From positions 126,239-190,238 of the forward strand of contig JBGANQ010000001.1 in assembly GCA_044222245.1 (NCBI GenBank): a stretch of DNA of 64,000 nucleotides, given 5' to 3'. The stretch is from Polyangia bacterium (GTDB taxonomy: Bacteria; Myxococcota_A; Polyangia; Palsa-1104; JAEUJZ01). The translations under genes and the position numbers were made by a program. A model generated the notes under the pieces. The model worked only from the letters and a program-made list of their open reading frames with translations. It was not told the origin of the DNA and searched no databases. Below, piece by piece: positions 50,646-61,037 of this stretch (positions are counted from its first letter, which is position 1; each line of letters opens with the position of its first letter).

Positions 50646-53531
50646 TCAGGGAGCGGGAATGAAGCGGGTCCGGCCAAGGCCCCGCTGCTGCTGCTCGCGC
50701 TGCGCGCTCTGCAGGACTTCGTCGTCGCGAAACGCCAGCTCGAAGGCGCGGTTCTGGCGCCACAGCTCGGCCTGATCGCGGTAGTGCGGGCTCTCGGGAT
50801 CGAAGATCTGGCCGCCGGGCAGGGCGTTGCGGGCGCGCGGGCCGGTCGGGGTCATCTCGCAGACAAAGCGGATCGCGGCGCCGTCCTGGAACGTGAAGCG
50901 GGTGGACGACAGGCCGTGCGCGCCGACGTCAACGGTGCCGTTGGTGCCGGGGCGCGGGAAGCCGCCGGGGAAGCTCGGATCGTCGCTCGGCGGCAGGTTC
51001 AGCGCCGACAGGCCGGCGGGGAACTGCATGGTGAGGGTGTGCAGCTGACCCCAGCGCCAGCGGCTGCCATCGCTGCCCAGGCGCCCGCTGAGCGCCGCCA
51101 GACCGGCCAGGAGCGCCTTGGCGGCGATGCCGGTCTTGGTCTCCAGCTCGCTGGTCCCCAGATCGTCAAACAGGACCGCGTCGCCGGTGCGCGGGTGCAC
51201 GCCGGTCTTGAGCGTGCCCGGCTCGTTGCACATGCGGATAAGCAGGCGGGTCCGCGAGTCGGAGCCGGTGCGCACCCCCAGCACCGCCAGCTCATCGCCG
51301 AGCGCCAGCTTGTCGAGCTGCGCCAGCCACATCGCGAACACCAAGGTCGCCTGCGAGTCTGAGATCTGCGCTGCGCCGGGGCGGTCTTCGGGCATCGCCG
51401 CCGGGGTGTCGAAGCTCCAGCCGCGCACCCAGGCGACCGCCGTAGGCAGCAGCGCCTTGACCGGGGCGCTGGCCGCGGCCAGCAGCGGCGTCAGCTCGGG
51501 CACGCTGCCCGGCTGCACCAGCTCCTTGAGCAGCGCCTCGCCGGCCAGGAGCAGCGTCGGCGCGAGCTGCTCGCCATACTCGGTGACGTGATCGGCCTGG
51601 ATGGCGGCCATGTCGTCGAGCGTCAGCTTCTGGCCGGCGCTCTTTTTAGCCAGAATTCGCTTGGTGATGCGGCCGGCGCGGGTGCCGGTGTCGTAGTCGG
51701 CGCCGAGGTAGCGCGGCGCGCCGTCGATGAGCGGCTGCCCGAAGAACGGATCGTTGTTGGCGGTGACCCCGATCGGATCGTTGTTGGCGGTGACCAGGAA
51801 GCCCTGCGCCGGGTCGGTGGCGTGCGGCACGTACTTGCGATCGAGGTCCGAGAGCCACTCGGCGCTGCCATCGCCGGGCAGGATCTTCCATGGGGCAAAG
51901 CCGGGCGACCGCCGCGGCACCCGCGTCGCCTGGGTCCAGCCGAAGTGACCGCGGTCGTCGATGAACACCCAGTTCTGGCGCCCGACCAGGAAGTCCCGAT
52001 CCAGCGCCGCCGTGGCCTCCTCCAGGGTGCGCGCCCGGTTGACGCCCCACACCGCGCGCAGCAGCTGCACTGGCTCGTAGCCGGTGTAGCGGATCGACAG
52101 CTCGCTGGTGCCAAGCGGCTCGGGCCGGTAGTCGGCGTTGAGCCGCGGCACGATCGGGCCGTGGTGCGGCACGTCGTACAGCGTCACCTCGCGCTGCTCG
52201 CTGAGCTTGCCGAAGCGGCCGACGCCGATCACCTCCTTGCGCGGCTGCAGCGGCACCTGGCCGCCCTTCCACAGCACGCACGGACCGCCGCCGGCGGTGC
52301 ACGGCACGACCTTTTCGCGGTAGACATCGGTGACGTCGATCTGGTTGACGGTGCTGCCCCAGGCCAGGTGCTCGTTCATGCCGAGCACGACGCCGGGCAG
52401 GCCGGCGAACTGCACCCCCATCACGCTGTCGGTCCGCGCCGCGGTGGTCACCTTGAGGTGCTGCAGGTAGAACACCGGCGGGTTGCTGAGCAAAAGGTGG
52501 GTATCGTTGGCGAGCAGCGGGTAGCCGCTGGCCGACAGGCTGCCGCCGACCACCCAGTTGTTCGAGCCAACCGCCGGCCGCAGCACATGGTCGTCCCCGA
52601 GCCCCGCCACCGACCGCCGGGCCGCCCGCAGCAGCCGCAGCTCGGCCGCGCTGGCCCGCCCGGCCGCCCGCCCCGCCGCCCGCGCCAGCCGCACCGGCAG
52701 ACCGCCGGACTCGGGCAGGGTGAAGGTCGGGTCCACGGGGCTGAGCAGCTCCAGGTCGGCGCCGATTCCCTTGCGGGCGGCGCGCACCGGATCGGCGCTG
52801 GAATCAAACTGCAGCGCCGCCGCCTCTTCCACCGCCGAGAAGGTGATCTCGCTGTCGGCGTCAAAGCTCAGCGAGAAGGCCTGCAGCAGCGCCAGAGCAA
52901 GCGAGTCCTCGGGCCGCCAGGGCCGGGCCGTCTTGATGTCATAGACGATGGTCAGCGAAGACGGGAAGCGGTGGCTGTCGGTCTGCGCCTCGGCGATGTA
53001 GGTGTTCACCCCGGCGGCGAACTGCTCGACCGCGGTGACCAGCGCGCGGTCGGAGTCCTCGCCGCTGGCGCGCAGCTCGGCCAGGGTCTGGCTGGCGGTG
53101 GCGGCCAGGTGGTGCACCCGCATGTTGATGTCGCTGCCAATCAGCTCGGGGCTGAGCTCGCCGAGCAGCTCGGCCAGGGTCCCCTCGGCCTGGCGGCGCC
53201 CGAGGTCCATCATCAGCAGCCGATCCTGGGCCATGAAGTAGCCCTGCGCGAAGGCGGCGTCGGCGAAGCTCTGGGCGTAGATGTGCGGCACCCCGAGCTC
53301 GTCGCGCACCACGTCCACCGGTGCCGACAGGCCGCGCGCCATCACGGTGCTCTGCTGCGGCACCGACTCGACGGGCGAGACCGCAGGCGGCGGCGGCGGC
53401 GGCGCGTCCGGGCCCGGGGTGCAGCCCGCGCTGGCGGCGCTCAGCCAGACGCCCAGCCAGACGCTCGGCCAGACGCGAAAACAACGCAGCGCGCCGGAGC
53501 GAGCCGCGGGACGGGAGCGGGGGGACAGCAT
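50646..53531 (-). CDS. penicillin-acylase family (peptidase S45, Ntn hydrolase) lipoprotein
   Basis: GSNNWVVGG...LLANDTHL (SNNW N-terminal nucleophile of beta subunit). Lipoprotein signal ...LSAASAGC, Pro-rich linker. Start at MLSPRS, about 53531. Confidence 0.75.
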   Translation of the reverse strand: MLSPRSRPAARSGALRCFRVWPSVWLGVWLSAASAGCTPGPDAPPPPPPAVSPVESVPQQSTVMARGLSAPVDVVRDELGVPHIYAQSFADAAFAQGYFMAQDRLLMMDLGRRQAEGTLAELLGELSPELIGSDINMRVHHLAATASQTLAELRASGEDSDRALVTAVEQFAAGVNTYIAEAQTDSHRFPSSLTIVYDIKTARPWRPEDSLALALLQAFSLSFDADSEITFSAVEEAAALQFDSSADPVRAARKGIGADLELLSPVDPTFTLPESGGLPVRLARAAGRAAGRASAAELRLLRAARRSVAGLGDDHVLRPAVGSNNWVVGGSLSASGYPLLANDTHLLLSNPPVFYLQHLKVTTAARTDSVMGVQFAGLPGVVLGMNEHLAWGSTVNQIDVTDVYREKVVPCTAGGGPCVLWKGGQVPLQPRKEVIGVGRFGKLSEQREVTLYDVPHHGPIVPRLNADYRPEPLGTSELSIRYTGYEPVQLLRAVWGVNRARTLEEATAALDRDFLVGRQNWVFIDDRGHFGWTQATRVPRRSPGFAPWKILPGDGSAEWLSDLDRKYVPHATDPAQGFLVTANNDPIGVTANNDPFFGQPLIDGAPRYLGADYDTGTRAGRITKRILAKKSAGQKLTLDDMAAIQADHVTEYGEQLAPTLLLAGEALLKELVQPGSVPELTPLLAAASAPVKALLPTAVAWVRGWSFDTPAAMPEDRPGAAQISDSQATLVFAMWLAQLDKLALGDELAVLGVRTGSDSRTRLLIRMCNEPGTLKTGVHPRTGDAVLFDDLGTSELETKTGIAAKALLAGLAALSGRLGSDGSRWRWGQLHTLTMQFPAGLSALNLPPSDDPSFPGGFPRPGTNGTVDVGAHGLSSTRFTFQDGAAIRFVCEMTPTGPRARNALPGGQIFDPESPHYRDQAELWRQNRAFELAFRDDEVLQSAQREQQQRGLGRTRFIPAP

Positions 53532-53968
53532 GGTGCCTCCTTGTGCCGCGCACCGTACCAGGGGGAGGCGCCGGGTAGAAGCAGAAGCGTCGCTGCCGGA
53601 CCGCGCGCCGGCAGCTCGCCGAGCGGCCGCCGCGCCATGGTCATCCGCCACCACAAAAACCCGCCGAGCAGCGCCGTACACAGCGCCAGCCCTACCAGCA
53701 CATATGGCCAGCGCGGGTGCTGCGCCCCCCAGGCCTTGGCGTTGGGGGCAAAGGCGCGCAGGCTGGCCTCCACCGCGCCCGCATCGCCGACCTGGGAGAG
53801 CAGCAGCGCGACCCGCTGGGCGCGGTCCATGGCCGGGGTAAACTGCGCCCGCACCTGCGGAAAGCGGTCCTGACAGAACGCCAAAAGCTCGCCATCCCCC
53901 GGCAGCACCGCATCGAGGAGCTGGCGCACCCGCTCGGGGCCAGTCGAGTCAACCGCAGGAGGTCGCAT
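53441..53968 (-). CDS. hypothetical small membrane protein (overlaps acylase 5' end)
   Basis: MRPPAVDSTGPERVRQLLDAVLPGDGELLAFCQDRF... followed by TM helix WPYVLVGLALCTALLGGFLWW; C-terminal part may be out-of-frame overlap. Confidence 0.3.
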   Translation of the reverse strand: MRPPAVDSTGPERVRQLLDAVLPGDGELLAFCQDRFPQVRAQFTPAMDRAQRVALLLSQVGDAGAVEASLRAFAPNAKAWGAQHPRWPYVLVGLALCTALLGGFLWWRMTMARRPLGELPARGPAATLLLLPGASPWYGARHKEAPCCPPAPVPRLAPARCVVFASGRASGWASG

Positions 53969-53982
53969 CGCCGGCGCCACGC

Positions 53983-54702
53983 TCAACCGGCCGCCGCGGT
54001 GAGCCGGGCAAAGTCGTCCCACTCCAGGATCTCCACCGGCGCCGCCGGGCGACCGGGCGGGGCGAGGCGCTCGGCGTTGCGCACCAGCGCCTGCCCGAGC
54101 TTCTGCACGTCAATGCCGCGATACTTGCGCAGCGGCCCGGCGAGGACAAAGTCGAGGCGCGGCCACACCGCCAGGAGCAGGCCCTGGCTGGTCCCGTAGC
54201 GGTTGTGCGGCGTGAGCAGCATCGACGGCCGCGCCAGCGTGCAGCGGGCAAAGCCGAGGTCGGCGACCGCCTGCTCGAGCTCTGCCTTGAGCCGCAGGTA
54301 CTTGACCCGCGAGCTGCGATCGGCTCCCACCGAGGTCATGAGGGTAAAGTGGTGCACCCCGCGCTGCCGGCAGGCGGTGGCGAAGGCGAGCACGCAGTCG
54401 ATCTCGATGCGCCGCACCTCCGCCTCGGGCACCTTGGACGGCTGGCCGACCCCCAGGGTGCAGAACGCCGTGTCGTGCCCGCCGAGAAGATCGCGGTAGG
54501 AGTCCGGCGCGAACAGATCGACCACATGCTCGGTCAGCTTCTGCGAAGCGGCCAGCGGATCATCGGCCGCCAGCTTGCGCCGCCCCAGGGTGGTCGCGGC
54601 GATGAAGTGCGGCGAGTGCAGGACCGCGTCAAGGACATTGCGCCCCACGGCGCCGGTGGCTCCGATGAGCACCGCGCGCGAGGCTTGAGCTCGTTCCGAC
54701 AT
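53983..54702 (-). CDS. NAD(P)H-binding atypical SDR / semialdehyde-dehydrogenase-like oxidoreductase
   Basis: AVLIGATGAVGRNVL Rossmann GxxGxxG at N-terminus; about 240 aa. Confidence 0.6.
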   Translation of the reverse strand: MSERAQASRAVLIGATGAVGRNVLDAVLHSPHFIAATTLGRRKLAADDPLAASQKLTEHVVDLFAPDSYRDLLGGHDTAFCTLGVGQPSKVPEAEVRRIEIDCVLAFATACRQRGVHHFTLMTSVGADRSSRVKYLRLKAELEQAVADLGFARCTLARPSMLLTPHNRYGTSQGLLLAVWPRLDFVLAGPLRKYRGIDVQKLGQALVRNAERLAPPGRPAAPVEILEWDDFARLTAAAG

Positions 54703-54782
54703 ACCATCACGGTATACCACTGCGGCCCCCCGCCTGGCGCAGATCCGCGCTGGCCGGCTGCACGCGGCCGGTCAGCGGCCGG

Positions 54783-56240
54783 TCAGCGGCCGGCGCCCGG
54801 CAGCGAGATCCCTTTGAGGCGGCGATACAGGGTCACCGCGTAGCCGTCGGTCATGCTGGCGATGTAGTCGGTGACGCGCAGGGCCCGCTCGTAGGCGCAG
54901 TCCTCGGCGGGCGGCATGCCGAGCAGGGCCAGCAGCTTGTCTTCATGCTGGCTGCGCGCCGCCACCGGCTTGACCGCGGCGGGGATGAACTCGTGCAGGA
55001 GCGCGCCGATGAGGTGGTAGCCGGCGAGCTCGATCTCCAGCACCCCGCGCGAGCGGTAGCAGTAGGTCTCGGTGAGCTGGCGGATCGCCTCCAGCTGCGG
55101 CGCCGAAGGCACCTCATCGAGCAGGCAGCCGGGGTAGCGGCCGGCGAGGATGCGCGCCTCGCAGTCGAGGAACACGGCGTAGACCTCGATGATGAGCTGC
55201 TTTATCGCCCGGGCGCGCAGCTGCTCGACGGCGCCGCTCTCGGAGTCATCGGGGCGGACAAAGCGCGGGGTCTTTTTGGCGATCTCGCACAGGGCGTCGA
55301 TGCCCTTGTGGCGCGGCACGAGGTTGAGGCGCAGCCCGTCCTCCAGGTCGAGGATGCGGTAGCTTATGTCATCGGCGGCCTCGACGAGGAAGGCCAGCGG
55401 GTGGCGGCAGTAGCGGAGCCCCGGACCGGGCGCCGGCAACAGTCCCAGCTCGCTGGCCACCGCCTGGAAGACGCGGCGCTCGGACTGAAAGAAGCCGTGC
55501 TTCTTCCATTGTGACGGGCATTGTGAGGGGCACTGTGAGGGGCTCGGCGCGTGACTCGGCGCGGGGCTGCCGGGCCCCTTTTCGCTCGCCGCCGGGGTGG
55601 CGCCGCTCTCGCAAGGGTACTTGGTGAACGCGCCGAGGGTCGCCGCGGTCAGGCGCATGCCCAGGTTGCGCTCGTCGTGCAGGCGGGTGAGGATGCGAAA
55701 GCCCTGGGCGTTGCCCTCAAAGCGCACCAGATCCGCCCACTGCGCCGCGGTCAGGCGGTGGCCGCGCAGCTCGCCGAGCAGCGGCCCCTCCGCCGCCGAG
55801 TCGCTGTTGCCAAAGTAGCGGGCGATGGCGTCCTCGCCAGCGTGTCCGAACGGCGGGTTGCCGATGTCATGCGCCAGGCAGGCCGCCGCCACCACATCGG
55901 CCAGGTCCTGGGCCCAGCTGCGCGCCAGGCCGCGGCTCGTCGCCGCCAGCTCCGGGTAGCGCGCCGGCAGCTCGCGCCCGACGGCAAAGCCGAGCGAGCG
56001 GCCGACCACCGCGACCTCGGTCGAGTGGGTCAGCCGCGAGTGGATGAGATCGTTTTCCGGCAGCGGAAACACCTGCGTCTTGTCCTTCAAGCGGCGAAAC
56101 GCCGGCGAGAAGATGATGCGGTCGGCGTCGCGCTGGAAGTCGGTGCGCATCGGCGGCTCGTCGGCGCCAAGCTCGGGCTCGGCGCTGCCATCGCTACAGA
56201 ACCGCCGCGCCGAGAGAAGCTGAAGCCAGTTCATGGACAT
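54783..56240 (-). CDS. dGTP triphosphohydrolase-like HD-domain protein
   Basis: FQRDADRIIFSPAFRRLKDKTQVF, HSRLTHSTEV, HDIGNPPFGHAGE (HD motif). Contains low-complexity insertion PSQCPSQCPSQ. Confidence 0.8.
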   Translation of the reverse strand: MSMNWLQLLSARRFCSDGSAEPELGADEPPMRTDFQRDADRIIFSPAFRRLKDKTQVFPLPENDLIHSRLTHSTEVAVVGRSLGFAVGRELPARYPELAATSRGLARSWAQDLADVVAAACLAHDIGNPPFGHAGEDAIARYFGNSDSAAEGPLLGELRGHRLTAAQWADLVRFEGNAQGFRILTRLHDERNLGMRLTAATLGAFTKYPCESGATPAASEKGPGSPAPSHAPSPSQCPSQCPSQWKKHGFFQSERRVFQAVASELGLLPAPGPGLRYCRHPLAFLVEAADDISYRILDLEDGLRLNLVPRHKGIDALCEIAKKTPRFVRPDDSESGAVEQLRARAIKQLIIEVYAVFLDCEARILAGRYPGCLLDEVPSAPQLEAIRQLTETYCYRSRGVLEIELAGYHLIGALLHEFIPAAVKPVAARSQHEDKLLALLGMPPAEDCAYERALRVTDYIASMTDGYAVTLYRRLKGISLPGAGR

Positions 56241-56710
56241 CGGCTCTATATATACGCTGCCGCAGCGGCCGTCCTGTCTTGTCGCCAACAATCAGCGCGG
56301 CGGCGACGCGACGCCGCCGCCCGGGCGCCCGGGTCGGCCGCTGTCGTGGCGGCGGCCGTCCTGTACTGCTCTGTAAGCGGCCCGGGCGCTGCCACGGTCG
56401 AGCTGGCGCGCTCGCTCGACGCAGTGCGCTAGCGCAGTGCGCCTCGTCAGCTGGGCGGAGTCTTTGACGCGACCTCCCAACAAGCTCGGGGGTAAGCTCG
56501 CGCGTCTGGGCTGAAATCGCCGCCGCGGCCGTAGTAAGATGACAGACTGATGGGAGTCTTGCCGCGTCTGTCTTCTGCTCCTTCAGGCTCTGCGCGAGCC
56601 AAGCGGAGCGGCAGCCGCACGGACTCTGCTGGCAGCTCTCTGCGACTCCTTTTTCCCCTGACGGATAGGTGCCTCCGGCCGCTGCCGATCACCTACCTTG
56701 GAGGCCGGTC

Positions 56711-57943
56711 ATGTCGAACTCTTTCGCCGACGTAAACAGCTACTTTGAGCGCGCTGCCGCCATCCTGCAGCTGCCGCGCGAAGTGGTAGAGCCGCTCATC
56801 ACCCCCCACCGCGAGATCCGCGTCGAGTGCACCATCCGTCTGGACAACGGTCACGTGCGCACCTTCACCGGCTACCGCGTGCAGCACGACAACTCGCGCG
56901 GGCCGTTCAAGGGCGGTCTGCGCTTCCACCCCGATGTCGACATCGACGAGGTCCGCGCCCTGGCCTCGCTCATGACGTGGAAGACGGCGGTGGTCGGCGT
57001 CCCCTACGGCGGCGCCAAGGGCGGCATCGCCGTCGATCCGACCCAGCTGTCCCCGCACGAGCTGGAGCGCCTGACCCGCAAGTTCGTCGCCGGCATCCAC
57101 GACCTCATCGGCGATCACGTAGACATCCCGGCCCCCGACGTGAACACCAACGCCCAGGTCATGGCCTGGATCATGGACGAGTACAGCAAGTTCCACGGCT
57201 TCCACCCCGGCGTCGTCACCGGCAAGCCGGTCGATCTGTTCGGCTCGGTCGGTCGCGACGAGGCCACCGGGCGCGGCGTGGTCATCGCCTGCGAGGAGCT
57301 CTTGCGCACCTGCGGTCAGGAGATAAGCGACGCCCGCTACATCGTCCAGGGCTTCGGCAACGTCGGCAGCCACACCGCGCGCATCCTGCACGAGCGCGGC
57401 GGGCGGGTGGTCGGGATCGGTGATCACACCGCCTCCTACTATGACATCTCCGGACTGAACGTCTCGGCGGCCCTGGCCTACGCCAAGGAGAAGCGGGTCC
57501 TCGCCGGCTGGACCGGCGGCCCCGCCATCGCATCGGCCGAGCTGCTCCTGCAGCCGTGCGACGTGCTGGTGCCGGCGGCGCTCGGCGGCGTCATCACCAA
57601 GGACAACGCCAACCAGCTCAAGTGCCGCATCGTCGCCGAGGGCGCCAACGGCCCCACCACGCCCGAGGCGGATCAGCTCCTGCAGCAGCGCGGCATCACC
57701 GTCCTGCCCGACATCTACGCCAACGCCGGCGGCGTCACCGTCAGCTACTTCGAGTGGGTCCAGAACATCCAGCAGTTCGCCTGGGATGAGACCCGCGTCC
57801 GGCTCGAGCTCGAGCGCATCATGCGCACCTCCTTCGCCCACCTCACCAAGGCCGCCGCGATCCACCGCGTCGATCTGCGCACCGCCGCCTTCATCGTCGC
57901 CATCGAGCGCGTCGCGCGCGCCATGGCGCAGCGCGGCGTCTAG
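56711..57943 (+). CDS. gdhA: NAD(P)-specific glutamate dehydrogenase
   Basis: GGLRFHPDVDIDEVRALASLMTWKTAVVGVPYGGAKGGI (Glu/Leu/Phe/Val DH active-site Lys region), Rossmann GFGNVGS. Confidence 0.9.
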   Translation: MSNSFADVNSYFERAAAILQLPREVVEPLITPHREIRVECTIRLDNGHVRTFTGYRVQHDNSRGPFKGGLRFHPDVDIDEVRALASLMTWKTAVVGVPYGGAKGGIAVDPTQLSPHELERLTRKFVAGIHDLIGDHVDIPAPDVNTNAQVMAWIMDEYSKFHGFHPGVVTGKPVDLFGSVGRDEATGRGVVIACEELLRTCGQEISDARYIVQGFGNVGSHTARILHERGGRVVGIGDHTASYYDISGLNVSAALAYAKEKRVLAGWTGGPAIASAELLLQPCDVLVPAALGGVITKDNANQLKCRIVAEGANGPTTPEADQLLQQRGITVLPDIYANAGGVTVSYFEWVQNIQQFAWDETRVRLELERIMRTSFAHLTKAAAIHRVDLRTAAFIVAIERVARAMAQRGV

Positions 57944-58142
57944 CGCCCGGCGCCGCCGGCCGCGCGGCCGGCTCGCGCAACACCGCAAGCCTCCACCCGG
58001 GAGCCGCGGGCGGGCCCCCCGGCCGGCGGCTTGTACCTATGCCCGCAGCGAGGGCGGAAGTGCGCATCCGCAGGGGTGATTGACGTTAGTCAACCCGGCG
58101 CGAGCGAACTTATAGTTAAATCAATTAAGAGAGGTAAATTAC

Positions 58143-61004
58143 ATGAAAAAATATCCATATATTACCAGCCTGTCGGGTACCTCGCCGGTACTCGACGGGG
58201 CGCGGCCGACCACCGCGTCCGCCCGCTGGCGCGTCTCGGTCCTCGCGGCGGCCGGGCTGTGCGTCCTTGGGCTGTCGGGCCTGGGCTGCGTCGCCGATGT
58301 GCCAGCGACCACCCCCAGCCAGGGCGTGGTGGCGCTGTTCAACCCGGGCGCCTCGCCGCCCGTGGTGCCGTCGCCGACCGATCTGGTGCGGGTCAACGGC
58401 ACCCTGCAGATCCCGGTCGACCCGGCCGAGGCGACCAACGGCGCGCTCAAGACCTTCAATGACTACCTGCGCGGGCTCGACGGCTTCCCCCCGGACTCGG
58501 TGGCAACCACCACGTTCTCGGGCGCCATCGACCCGAGCTCGCTCGGCGAAGGGGTGGTGATCTACGACGCCACCACCAGCACCGAGCTCGCGCCGCCCGA
58601 GGCGGTGGCCAGCCTGGAGCCGACCTCGGCGAACAAGGAGCTTTTGATCAGCACCAAGGCGCGCTGGCGCAACGGCCACACCTACTTCGTGGGCCTGTTC
58701 AGCTGGCAGGAGGCGGGGGCCGTGCGCGGCGTCCGCAGCGCCGACGCCAAGGCGGTGCTCACCGACAGCGCCTTTGCGCTGCTGCGCAGCCAGACGCCGC
58801 TTTTTGCCAAGTGCCAGGACGCGGCCAATCCGGACTGTGTTTGTAAGAACCTCGCCGACAGCGCCTGTCACGCGGTGGTCGATGGCATCAGCAACGTGCA
58901 GGCGCAGCAGCTGGAGGCGGCGCGCCTGGGCATCGGGCCGATCATCGACAAGGTGCTCGGAATCAGGGGCCGCAAGCGCAGCGAGCTGGTGATGGCCTGG
59001 AGCTTCACCATCAGCCAGCGCTCGTTCGCCACCTTCGACGCCGGCCGCAGCCAGGTGCCGTTCCCCTCCAACCTCCTTCTGTCCAACCAGGGCATGGGCA
59101 GCCCGACGGCCGACGCCACGGTCAACATCCCGATCCTGCCCACCGACGACCCGCAGACCAAGGCGCTCAAGGGCGGGCTCAACACCCTGGACGGCTTTAG
59201 CACCACCGGCTCGGTGCAGTTCCCCATCGACAGCGCCGTCAGCGGCGGACTGCCGGTCGACATCGACGCCAAGAGCGTGGTCGCCGGCAAGACGGCGCTT
59301 TTGGTCAACCTGAGCCTGCCGACCAGCCAGCCGAGCTACCAGGCGCAGCCGCTGCGGGCGCTGCTCGACGTGCCCAACAAGATCTCGGGCTTCGCCGGTC
59401 AGATCTATGTCACGCCCAAGAGCCCGCTGCTCAGCGACCGCGTGACCTATGCCGCCGTGTTGACCACCAACATTAAGGACGCCAACGGCGGGCGGCTGGC
59501 GCCGTCTCCGGTGACCCTGCTTATCACCCAGGGGTCGCCGCTGGTCATCGATGGCAAGTCGGCGGTGCCGACGATTCCGCTGGCCCAGGCGATGCAGCTG
59601 GAGGCGCTGCGTCAGTCGGTCTCGCCGCTGGTCGACTCCTTGGGTCTGTCGCCGACGAGCGTGGCGGCGCTGACGGTCTACCGGACGCAGTCGATCATCA
59701 GCCCGATACAAAAGCTGATTGCCGGCACCGCCCAGCTGGCACCGGTCATCCCGAGCACGGTGACGATCACCACCACGGTGCCCATCGGGACGCCGATCGG
59801 CGCCATCCTGCACGGCACCATGACGGTGCGGCGGGTCGTCGATCTGCGCGGCCCGTTCAATCCCACCGCGCGGCTCACGCCCACCCCGGCCAGCAATGAC
59901 GTGATTCCGTTCCTCATGACCCTGCCCAATCCGGCGCTGGCGCCGCCGGGCGGAGCGCCGGTGGTGATCGTCCAGCACGGCCTGACCCGCTGGCGCGGCG
60001 ACGCCCTGGCGATCGCCGGCACGCTGGCCAGCAAGGGGCTGGCGATGATCGCCATCGATGCCATCTATCACGGCGGCCGCGTCGTCTGCCTGAGCAATGC
60101 CGACTGCGCCTCCGGCGTAACCTGCACCCAGCCGGCCCCGGTCAACGGGGTGCCGCAGGCCGGCAGCTGCGCCGGCGCTTACCTGGCAGCGGCCGGGGCG
60201 ACGGCGCTGCCCGGCAGCCCGGACCTGCTCCCGGATCCGAGCCTGCCGAGCCGCGACTTCGTCAACCTCGCAAACCCCTTCGCGCAGCGCGACAACTACC
60301 GCCAGCACACCCTGGATCTGTTCCAGCTGGTGCGTGTGATCAAGGACACAGCCGCCGGCAGCCTGAGCGCGCAGATCAGCGCCAACGCCACGCTGGCGCC
60401 GATAAACTCCGCCAAGATCGGCTACCTCGGACAGTCCCTGGGCGCGCTCATGGGAACGAGCTTCCTGGCGCTGTCACCGAGCGTCAACCTCGGCGTCCTC
60501 AATGTCGGGGGTGGCAACCTGGTCGGCATCTTCACCGACCCCGCCTCGAGCCTGTCGGCGGGCGCGGCAGCGCAGCTCGGGGTGACGCCGGGCACACCGG
60601 CGTACTTTGGTCTGCTGGAGAACTTCCACTGGATCATCGATCCGGCGGATCCGATTAACTTCGCCCGCTACGTGCGCGCTCCCGATGCCAAGCTCATGCC
60701 CAATCGTACGGCTCCGGCGCGGGTGATCTTGCAGGAGGCGGGGATGGACACGGTGATCACCAACCAGTTCACGCTGGCCCTGGGGCTGGAGCTCGGGCTG
60801 CCGGTGGACATGATGCAGCACCTGCAGGGAATCGATCAGGAGGGCGCGGCCAACGCAGCTCCGGTGTCGACCTTCTTCCCCACCGCCGACCACGGCGCCA
60901 TCTTCAACTTCACGAACATGGCGCTGACGCTGCAGATCCAGAATCAGGCCGCGACGTATCTGTCCACCGGCCTTGCTGGCGCGCCCCCCACCGTCACCCC
61001 GTAG
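58143..61004 (+). CDS. VolA-like lipoprotein lipase (bacterial virulence-factor lipase N-terminal domain plus alpha/beta hydrolase)
   Basis: Lipobox LGLSGLGC, about 600-aa N-terminal beta-rich region, C-terminal GYLGQSLGA (GxSxG) hydrolase. AT-rich 5' end. Confidence 0.6.
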   Translation: MKKYPYITSLSGTSPVLDGARPTTASARWRVSVLAAAGLCVLGLSGLGCVADVPATTPSQGVVALFNPGASPPVVPSPTDLVRVNGTLQIPVDPAEATNGALKTFNDYLRGLDGFPPDSVATTTFSGAIDPSSLGEGVVIYDATTSTELAPPEAVASLEPTSANKELLISTKARWRNGHTYFVGLFSWQEAGAVRGVRSADAKAVLTDSAFALLRSQTPLFAKCQDAANPDCVCKNLADSACHAVVDGISNVQAQQLEAARLGIGPIIDKVLGIRGRKRSELVMAWSFTISQRSFATFDAGRSQVPFPSNLLLSNQGMGSPTADATVNIPILPTDDPQTKALKGGLNTLDGFSTTGSVQFPIDSAVSGGLPVDIDAKSVVAGKTALLVNLSLPTSQPSYQAQPLRALLDVPNKISGFAGQIYVTPKSPLLSDRVTYAAVLTTNIKDANGGRLAPSPVTLLITQGSPLVIDGKSAVPTIPLAQAMQLEALRQSVSPLVDSLGLSPTSVAALTVYRTQSIISPIQKLIAGTAQLAPVIPSTVTITTTVPIGTPIGAILHGTMTVRRVVDLRGPFNPTARLTPTPASNDVIPFLMTLPNPALAPPGGAPVVIVQHGLTRWRGDALAIAGTLASKGLAMIAIDAIYHGGRVVCLSNADCASGVTCTQPAPVNGVPQAGSCAGAYLAAAGATALPGSPDLLPDPSLPSRDFVNLANPFAQRDNYRQHTLDLFQLVRVIKDTAAGSLSAQISANATLAPINSAKIGYLGQSLGALMGTSFLALSPSVNLGVLNVGGGNLVGIFTDPASSLSAGAAAQLGVTPGTPAYFGLLENFHWIIDPADPINFARYVRAPDAKLMPNRTAPARVILQEAGMDTVITNQFTLALGLELGLPVDMMQHLQGIDQEGAANAAPVSTFFPTADHGAIFNFTNMALTLQIQNQAATYLSTGLAGAPPTVTP

Positions 61005-61037
61005 CCCCACAGATCCCCTTGCACCGGAGCCCTTTTC

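Noticed and set aside
58125-60308. 727-aa ORF antisense to the lipase gene
   Set aside because: Low-complexity Arg/Gly/Asp-rich translation; the opposite-strand gene has signal peptide and catalytic motif.
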